This document shows positions 58,085-64,000 of a stretch of DNA of 64,000 nucleotides, in pieces. The position numbers and the translations under genes are program-made. The notes under the pieces are model-generated. The model ran no database searches. It was given only the letters and a program-made list of their open reading frames with translations, and was not told where the DNA came from. The stretch is from Bacteriovoracaceae bacterium. Lineage in GTDB: Bacteria > Bdellovibrionota > Bacteriovoracia > Bacteriovoracales > Bacteriovoracaceae. Location of the stretch: contig JBLWTJ010000004.1 in assembly GCA_048270185.1 (NCBI GenBank), positions 196,615 to 260,614 of the forward strand. Direction: 5' to 3'. Position 1 is the stretch's first letter. Each line of letters starts with the position of its first letter.

Positions 58085-59452
58085 CTATTTAATTTCTTCT
58101 AAAGTCGTTTTTTCTATAATTGAGATAATGTCATCAATATGTTCATCAGTCATTGCAAGAGGAAGAAGTAGTCGAACTCTTGTCGGCTCTTTCCCGGCCA
58201 TAAATGCGACAATTCCATTATTAAATAATGCCTTAACAAAGTTTGAAACAGTTGCAGTCGATGAATCACCAACTTCAAAAGCAATCATTGTTCCAATACC
58301 ACCCACGTAAGTGATTTTTTCTTTGCATGAGTTTTTCATTAGGTGTGTTAATTTAGAAATAAATTTATCTTCTAGTTCTTTGATACGTCCACTTTCACCA
58401 TAGAAGTTTCCTTCTGTTAGGTAGCGAATTAATTTACTTCCAGTTGATAGCGCTGACACTGAACCATTAAAAGTTCCAGCAATTAGTCCTGGTTTTGGAT
58501 TTAATTCCTCGCTAAAAAGCACACCACAGACTTGTAGTGCCTTTCCTACGGCTACGATATCAACATATTTTTCGAGTCCCATTGTTTGGAACGCAAATAA
58601 TTCTCGTGTACGTCCAAAAGTTTGAACTTCATCGACCCAAATATAGAGACCCTTCTTCTTGGCCCATTTAAATATTTCTTCGTAGTATTCTTTTGGTCCA
58701 AAGATAAACCCACCTTCACCTTGAATTATCTCAAGCATAAGTGCGCAGTGTTGTCCTGGGTATTTTGCAGTAACTTCTTCAAGTGCTGCTAGAGTATTCT
58801 GTAATGACTCTTCAGGATTATTTTGATCAAAATGTGGAACGTGATCAACATCTAGAGACTTAGGCATCCCTTCGCGATAGCCTGCATTGTGAGTAATATC
58901 TTGAGTAGCAACAGAGCGGCCCGCAAAGGCTTTCTTAAAAGCAATAACACGATATGCTGGATCTTTCTTTTGCCAAACTAGCTTTAGAGCTAGATCGTTT
59001 GCAAAACTTCCGGAACCAGTGAACCAGAAGTGTTTTAGGTTACTTCCCTCGACAGCTTTAAGTAGATTACTTGTTAGTTCGATTGCTTGTGGGTATGGCT
59101 GAAGATTACCACACATTACGGTATCACCAAGAGCTGCCTCTAAGTGCGATTTAATATATATTGGGTGGGAGTGCCCTAAAAGATTTGGTCCAATACCACC
59201 AATTAGGTCGTATTTAACTGATCCATCAATTAGTTCAGTAAAAGGTCCATGACCACGTCCCGATGAAACGTAGTTAAAATAAATTCCTTTCCCTCTTTCT
59301 TGATTATATGTCTTTAAAGTTTCTTCAACTAAATGCTCTTTTCCTTCTTGAGGACCGCGAACTTCCATGAAATTCTTCTGTTCTTTAAGGATTGAAGAGA
59401 ATAGTTTATCAAACTGATCGTTTATTTCGTTGTTTCTTACACCATATTCCAT
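58085..59452 (-). CDS. Class III PLP aminotransferase (probable succinylornithine/AstC-like)
   Basis: EIIQGEGG, DEVQTFGRT, GKALQ; upstream of astA-astD; start at MEYG. Confidence 0.8.
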   Translation of the reverse strand: MEYGVRNNEINDQFDKLFSSILKEQKNFMEVRGPQEGKEHLVEETLKTYNQERGKGIYFNYVSSGRGHGPFTELIDGSVKYDLIGGIGPNLLGHSHPIYIKSHLEAALGDTVMCGNLQPYPQAIELTSNLLKAVEGSNLKHFWFTGSGSFANDLALKLVWQKKDPAYRVIAFKKAFAGRSVATQDITHNAGYREGMPKSLDVDHVPHFDQNNPEESLQNTLAALEEVTAKYPGQHCALMLEIIQGEGGFIFGPKEYYEEIFKWAKKKGLYIWVDEVQTFGRTRELFAFQTMGLEKYVDIVAVGKALQVCGVLFSEELNPKPGLIAGTFNGSVSALSTGSKLIRYLTEGNFYGESGRIKELEDKFISKLTHLMKNSCKEKITYVGGIGTMIAFEVGDSSTATVSNFVKALFNNGIVAFMAGKEPTRVRLLLPLAMTDEHIDDIISIIEKTTLEEIK

Positions 59453-59524
59453 ATCTAACCTCTTTTTATGTGGTAGAATTATCACTCACTTGCAAAGGCT
59501 ACAAGCCAAATAGATAATAAATTT

Positions 59525-60172
59525 ATGTCAGATACTAGCACAGTAAATCCACTAAAAGAATTAGAAGACCTTTATAAAAACAAAGATTATGAGGGCTATA
59601 AAAACTTATTAATTAAGAATAAAAAATTATTCATTGATGCCCAATATTTCTATAATTTGGGCACTGCATACTTGAAGTTAGAGAATATTGGTGCGGCCCG
59701 TCTGAATCTTGAAAAGTCTTATCAGCTTGGACAGCAAGATATCCTCGTCACTAATAATATTAATTATATAAAATCACACTACGACTTACGGCCTGAGGAA
59801 TTTAACTTTATTGCTAAGGCAATGGATATTCCCTCGATTTATTTTACGTCACTTTCGCTTGTGCTAGTGGTCATTGTTTTATTTCTCAATTTAAAAACGA
59901 AAATACATAAAGGTATTGTTTTCGGACTATTTATCTTATCTCTTAGTCCACTAATTTTTAATAATGCCTATCTTCATACAAATTACAGGAATGCTGTTGT
60001 AATGAAGAACGCAGATGTCTATGAAGGCCCTTCTGGAATTTTTGAGCACAACCAAAGTGTCAAAGAGGGACTAAGGATAGTAACATCAAAGAAGAATGAT
60101 AACTGGTATTTTATCTACTGGCCTTTGAGTGCAAAGGGGTGGGTGAAATCTGAGATGATAGAATTTTATTAA
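59525..60172 (+). CDS. BatE-like TPR + TM + SH3b protein
   Basis: FYNLGTAYLK TPR, two TMs, VYEGPS...W...KGWV SH3b. Confidence 0.75.
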   Translation: MSDTSTVNPLKELEDLYKNKDYEGYKNLLIKNKKLFIDAQYFYNLGTAYLKLENIGAARLNLEKSYQLGQQDILVTNNINYIKSHYDLRPEEFNFIAKAMDIPSIYFTSLSLVLVVIVLFLNLKTKIHKGIVFGLFILSLSPLIFNNAYLHTNYRNAVVMKNADVYEGPSGIFEHNQSVKEGLRIVTSKKNDNWYFIYWPLSAKGWVKSEMIEFY

Positions 60173-60181
60173 AGGTATATT

Positions 60182-60781
60182 ATGACAGAGAAATACTCTA
60201 AAGAAGATCGCATTGATATTAATCTGATTAAGTTCTTGTGGTCCATCAATCCTCTTATTAAAAGCAATAAGGTAACAATTCCTTATCTTTTAAGAGATAC
60301 TGTCATATTAAGAAACCTTGGTGAATTCGAATTATATCAACTTTCAAAATACTTTCATCGCCGCACCTATCAAAAAGGTGAACAAATCTTTAAAGAAGGG
60401 GATTTTGGAATTGGTTTTTATATTATCGTTTCGGGTCGAGTTGAATTAACAACTGAAAGAAGAGATAAGCAATTTCATGTGACAAACTTAGAGCGAAAAG
60501 ATTATATGGGTGAAATAGGCTTACTGGAAGAAGGTCATAAGAGATCAGTTTCTGCGACAGCTCTTGAGCCTGTTGAAATGCTTGGGATTTTCAAGCCTGA
60601 TGTCGAATTGATGATTACAGAAAGACCTGCTCTTTCTTCTAAATTTCTTCAGGCAATGTCAGAGCTAGTGGTTAAGAAGTTACATATCCTTGCGCGAGAA
60701 ATTAGAAAATTGAAAGTTGAAAACTCTCACCTTAAAGATGAACTTATCGAATTTAAAGAAGAGAAAGCAAAGAATGAATAG
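60182..60781 (+). CDS. Cyclic nucleotide-binding domain protein with coiled-coil tail
   Basis: IFKEGD..FYIIVSGRV, GEIGLL...RSVSA. Confidence 0.9.
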   Translation: MTEKYSKEDRIDINLIKFLWSINPLIKSNKVTIPYLLRDTVILRNLGEFELYQLSKYFHRRTYQKGEQIFKEGDFGIGFYIIVSGRVELTTERRDKQFHVTNLERKDYMGEIGLLEEGHKRSVSATALEPVEMLGIFKPDVELMITERPALSSKFLQAMSELVVKKLHILAREIRKLKVENSHLKDELIEFKEEKAKNE

Positions 60782-61805
60782 TACCGATCGTCTAAAGGCC
60801 ATTATCTTTGGTTTTTTTCTTAGCTTTTCAGTAGTGCTTTTCTTTGTTTTTCCAAGAGTCGCAACACCACTTCTTATTTGCTATATCCTAACTCTTATAA
60901 TGAATCCAATACTTCTTCTTATTGAAAGACTTGGAATAAACCGTGCCGCTTCATCAGCACTGGCCGTTATCTTACTTTTATTTTTGACGATCTATCCAAT
61001 CGTTAAAGTTACCCCACTCATTGTTAGCGAAATTAATAACCTTGAAGTATATATCCCAAAAGTTGAATCTTTCTTAAAGCTTAGTTATGCCAATTTTCAA
61101 AACTTTGTGGAAGGGCGCACTGGCTATCGTTTAAGTAGTGATTACTTGTTGCAGACGATTAACTTTATGAAAGATCAGATAAGCAGTTTTGTTCTAGTTC
61201 TTCCTAAGTTTCTTGGTTCTGCACTAGAGCTTTTCTTTATTGTCCCGCTTTTCTTATTCTTTGCTTTAAAAGATATGAAACAATTAAGAGGTAGGGTGAC
61301 ATCACTTCTTCCAAATAAGTATTTTGAAAAGCTCTATCACTTATCATTTCAATTTAATCGACAGATTGGAGATTATATCTTGGCCAAGGTTATTGAGGCT
61401 TCAATTTTAGGTCTTATTATATTCACAGGATTATTCTTCTTAGATATTCGCTTCTCGTTAATATTAGGACTACTGGCAGCGGTTACAAATATCATCCCTT
61501 ATCTTGGCCCTTTATTTGGAGCAGTACCAGCTCTCATTTTTATTGCGGCAGAATATGGCATGGGAACTCATTTTGGTGGGGCGTTCATTTTATATATGGT
61601 TGCCAATGTCATTGATATTGCCATTGTCTTCCCACTACTGGTTTCAAAGATTGTTGATCTTCACCCTGTACTTGTTGTTGCTAGTGTTATTCTTGGCTCA
61701 CAGGTCTTAGGAATTACAGGGATGATCATCTCTATTCCACTTGCAGCTGCGGTTAAATTATTAATCAATCAAATGCTTAAGGACGTATACGAAGAGCGTT
61801 ATTAG
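60774..61805 (+). CDS. AI-2E family transporter
   Basis: Multi-TM, NIIPYLGP, LHPV, GMIISIP; start at MNST. Confidence 0.9.
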   Translation: MNSTDRLKAIIFGFFLSFSVVLFFVFPRVATPLLICYILTLIMNPILLLIERLGINRAASSALAVILLLFLTIYPIVKVTPLIVSEINNLEVYIPKVESFLKLSYANFQNFVEGRTGYRLSSDYLLQTINFMKDQISSFVLVLPKFLGSALELFFIVPLFLFFALKDMKQLRGRVTSLLPNKYFEKLYHLSFQFNRQIGDYILAKVIEASILGLIIFTGLFFLDIRFSLILGLLAAVTNIIPYLGPLFGAVPALIFIAAEYGMGTHFGGAFILYMVANVIDIAIVFPLLVSKIVDLHPVLVVASVILGSQVLGITGMIISIPLAAAVKLLINQMLKDVYEERY

Positions 61806-61807
61806 CT

Positions 61808-61837
61808 TTGACGGGCCATTGCCCAAAATGCTAAAAT
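61808..61837 (+). promoter_or_regulatory. Putative sigma-70 promoter of bamD
   Basis: TTGACG-N18-TAAAAT with TG extended -10. Confidence 0.55.
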
Positions 61838-61866
61838 TGCCCTATATCCGAGAACGTGGGGGCAGT

Positions 61867-62604
61867 GTGCTTAAGTATTTTTCTCTAATTTTAATTCTAT
61901 TAATGACTTCGTGCGCAGTAAATCGCCCGAAGGGAAGTACTGAAGCAGAGGTACTTTATCGCGAAGCTGAACGCCTGATGAGCTCAGAGCGCTATATTAT
62001 GGCCCTTGAGAAGCTTAATCTTATCAAGTCACAATACCCATATAGTTACTATGCAACTTCGGCAGAGCTATTACAGGCCGACATTCTTTATAAGCAAGAG
62101 AACTTTGAAGAAGCAGCTGCAGCTTATCTTTTATTTAAAGACTTTCATCCTAAACATGAAAAGATGGATTATGTTACTTTTAAAATTGCTGAATCTTATT
62201 ATAAGCAGAAACCATCAACTTTCGATCGTGACCTAACTGCTGCAAAACAGGCCATTAAATATTTTAATGAACTTAGAAGTCTCTATCCTAAATCGACTTA
62301 CTTAAAAGATGCGAAAGAGAAAATCGATGAGTGTTATCAAATGCTTAAAGATAAAGAGCTTTATATTGCTAATTTTTATTATAAGACTGAAGACTATCAG
62401 TCAGCAGCCTTTCGATATAAGCGTTTATTAAATCAATTTAATGATGATAAGATTAAGAAGTTAGCAAGTGATCGTCTTGTCTTTATTGGTAATAAAGCAG
62501 CGATGCCTGAATTATGCCAATTAGTATTTGAACGCTATCGCTACTTATACCGTGATGGTGAATTAGCTAATCTTAAAGAAGACGTTAAAAACTGTATTCA
62601 GTAG
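61867..62604 (+). CDS. bamD: Outer-membrane assembly lipoprotein BamD
   Basis: Lipobox MTSC, YPYSYYA, FHPKH, DRDLT, IANFYYK; GTG start. Confidence 0.9.
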   Translation: MLKYFSLILILLMTSCAVNRPKGSTEAEVLYREAERLMSSERYIMALEKLNLIKSQYPYSYYATSAELLQADILYKQENFEEAAAAYLLFKDFHPKHEKMDYVTFKIAESYYKQKPSTFDRDLTAAKQAIKYFNELRSLYPKSTYLKDAKEKIDECYQMLKDKELYIANFYYKTEDYQSAAFRYKRLLNQFNDDKIKKLASDRLVFIGNKAAMPELCQLVFERYRYLYRDGELANLKEDVKNCIQ

Positions 62605-62616
62605 GGGACTTTTATT

Positions 62617-63348
62617 ATGATGAAATCTTTTGAACAAGAAAAGTTATCTAAGAAAGCAAAAGTCGCTTTTGAAAATCGTGAATATAATAAGGCAATTAGT
62701 ATCTATAACGAACTTCTTGAAATCGATGCAAAGGATGCAGATGCACTCTTTAGTATTGCAAATATCTTTCATCTAACGGGTGAAATTTCAAAAGCAATTA
62801 AAGCATTTAAGAAAGTCTTAGAAGTAAGGCCAGATCATACTGATGCGGCCGTAAGCTTATCGGTTTTGTATAATGATATAGGCCAGTATGAAGAAGCCAG
62901 TAAGATCTTTCAAATTGCTTCTCAAAAAGTAAAAGTAAATTCTAAAAGTTCTGAGTTAAATGATAATCATATCGATCGTAAATTTGCGATAAAGCACTAC
63001 GAATTGGCCGATCTCTATTTAACTTATAATCGCTTTGATGAAGCTCTTTTTGAGTATGGGAAAGTATTAAAGCTTGATCCAAAGAATCTTGAAGCACGTG
63101 TTAAGATGGCCAAGGTTTACGCGAAGAAAGGCTTTGTTAATAAATCTTTTGAAGAGTTATCAAGCCTTAAAAATGAAAGACCAGATTATCTTCCTGGTAG
63201 AATCGCTCTAGGTGTTCTTCACTATGGTAAGGGTGATATTCTTAGTGCAACAAGCGAGTGGGAGAAAGTAATTTCAGTTGATCCTCTTAACAATGAAGCA
63301 CAGATGTATTTAAATTTTGCAAAGAACGCAACAGAGACGACTCTTTAG
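62617..63348 (+). CDS. Tetratricopeptide repeat protein
   Basis: Multiple TPRs (RPDHTDAA, DPKNLEAR, DPLNNEA). Confidence 0.9.
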   Translation: MMKSFEQEKLSKKAKVAFENREYNKAISIYNELLEIDAKDADALFSIANIFHLTGEISKAIKAFKKVLEVRPDHTDAAVSLSVLYNDIGQYEEASKIFQIASQKVKVNSKSSELNDNHIDRKFAIKHYELADLYLTYNRFDEALFEYGKVLKLDPKNLEARVKMAKVYAKKGFVNKSFEELSSLKNERPDYLPGRIALGVLHYGKGDILSATSEWEKVISVDPLNNEAQMYLNFAKNATETTL

Positions 63349-63353
63349 AAAAT

Positions 63354-63385
63354 AAAAAAAGCTCCTTACGGAGCTTTTCTTTTTT
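63354..63385. terminator. Bidirectional intrinsic terminator
   Basis: A-tract GCTCC TTAC GGAGC T-tract. Confidence 0.9.
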
Positions 63386-63417
63386 ATCAATTATAGAATT
63401 AAATTTGGAAAATTAAA

Positions 63418-63978
63418 TTATGCTTCAGCCGAACGATCTGTGTTTTCAGTTGTTTCAATTGAAGTTTGCTCAACAACAGTTGGCTCATTTGTAACATTAA
63501 CATTTGTACGAACAGAGTCATCTGATGAATGAAAGTTAAGAATTGATTTCTTAAGGGCCGCATACATTTCAAATTTAACTTCAAGTTTATTATCCTGAAG
63601 AACGATTTGACGAGCTTTGTGAGTATCATTGTTAATGATTACTGGTGCCTTAAGGTTTGCAGACATTTGAGTTACATCCGTTGGAATTGTTAGGATTGTA
63701 TAAACGCTTGCATTAGAAAGGTTTTCTAGTTTAAGGCTATTTAGTTCAGCTGGTAGTAAGCTGATCGAATAATCATCTTTAAAGATTTTTGGCTCAATGA
63801 TTGGGAATGCTGTTGATCCATCATCTGTTGATTGTAGCCAAAGAATTAATGTCTGATCGCCTGGATCAACTACGAAAAATTCTTTAAGATTTTCAAACCC
63901 AAGAATTCCTTCTTCGAACTTGATGATATCTTTATTATTTACTTCTAATTCCCCAAATCGTGTTGTGCTTACTTTCAC
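63418..63978 (-). CDS. fliW: Flagellar assembly factor / CsrA antagonist FliW
   Basis: TTRFGE, GILGFE, WLQS, SANLKAPVIIN. Confidence 0.93.
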   Translation of the reverse strand: MKVSTTRFGELEVNNKDIIKFEEGILGFENLKEFFVVDPGDQTLILWLQSTDDGSTAFPIIEPKIFKDDYSISLLPAELNSLKLENLSNASVYTILTIPTDVTQMSANLKAPVIINNDTHKARQIVLQDNKLEVKFEMYAALKKSILNFHSSDDSVRTNVNVTNEPTVVEQTSIETTENTDRSAEA

Positions 63979-64000
63979 TGTCGTTCCTCCGAATTCAAGT

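Overview
AT-rich, tightly packed chromosomal core region. The gene content suggests a predatory Bdellovibrionota bacterium (Halobacteriovorax/Bacteriovorax-like); this is inference, not a database result. It carries housekeeping genes (ligA, radA, glpK, def-fmt-rpe-hutH-hutI, tRNA-Gln-prs-pth-ychF, acyl-CoA dehydrogenase-etfB-etfA, folK, lspA, bamD, fliW, tRNA-Asn), envelope and peptidoglycan genes (class A PBP, Slt, LysM lipoprotein, amgK-murU, several beta-barrels), amino/fatty-acid catabolism (icmF plus adenosyltransferase, astC-like/astA/astD) and a CHASE2 kinase with a sigma-54 response regulator. No integrase, transposase, CRISPR array, rRNA or prophage was seen. Most notable: (1) a structured intergenic repeat starting exactly at the TAA stops of ychF and etfA, with compensatory base-pair changes between copies and a 131-bp tandem duplication; (2) an orphan aKG-HExxH (RiPP beta-hydroxylase-type) gene directly behind tRNA-Asn, next to a YgfZ-TPR fusion, iscA and two FHA proteins; (3) four sigma-28-like promoters and one consensus sigma-54 promoter with an IHF-like site, in front of mostly uncharacterised genes.
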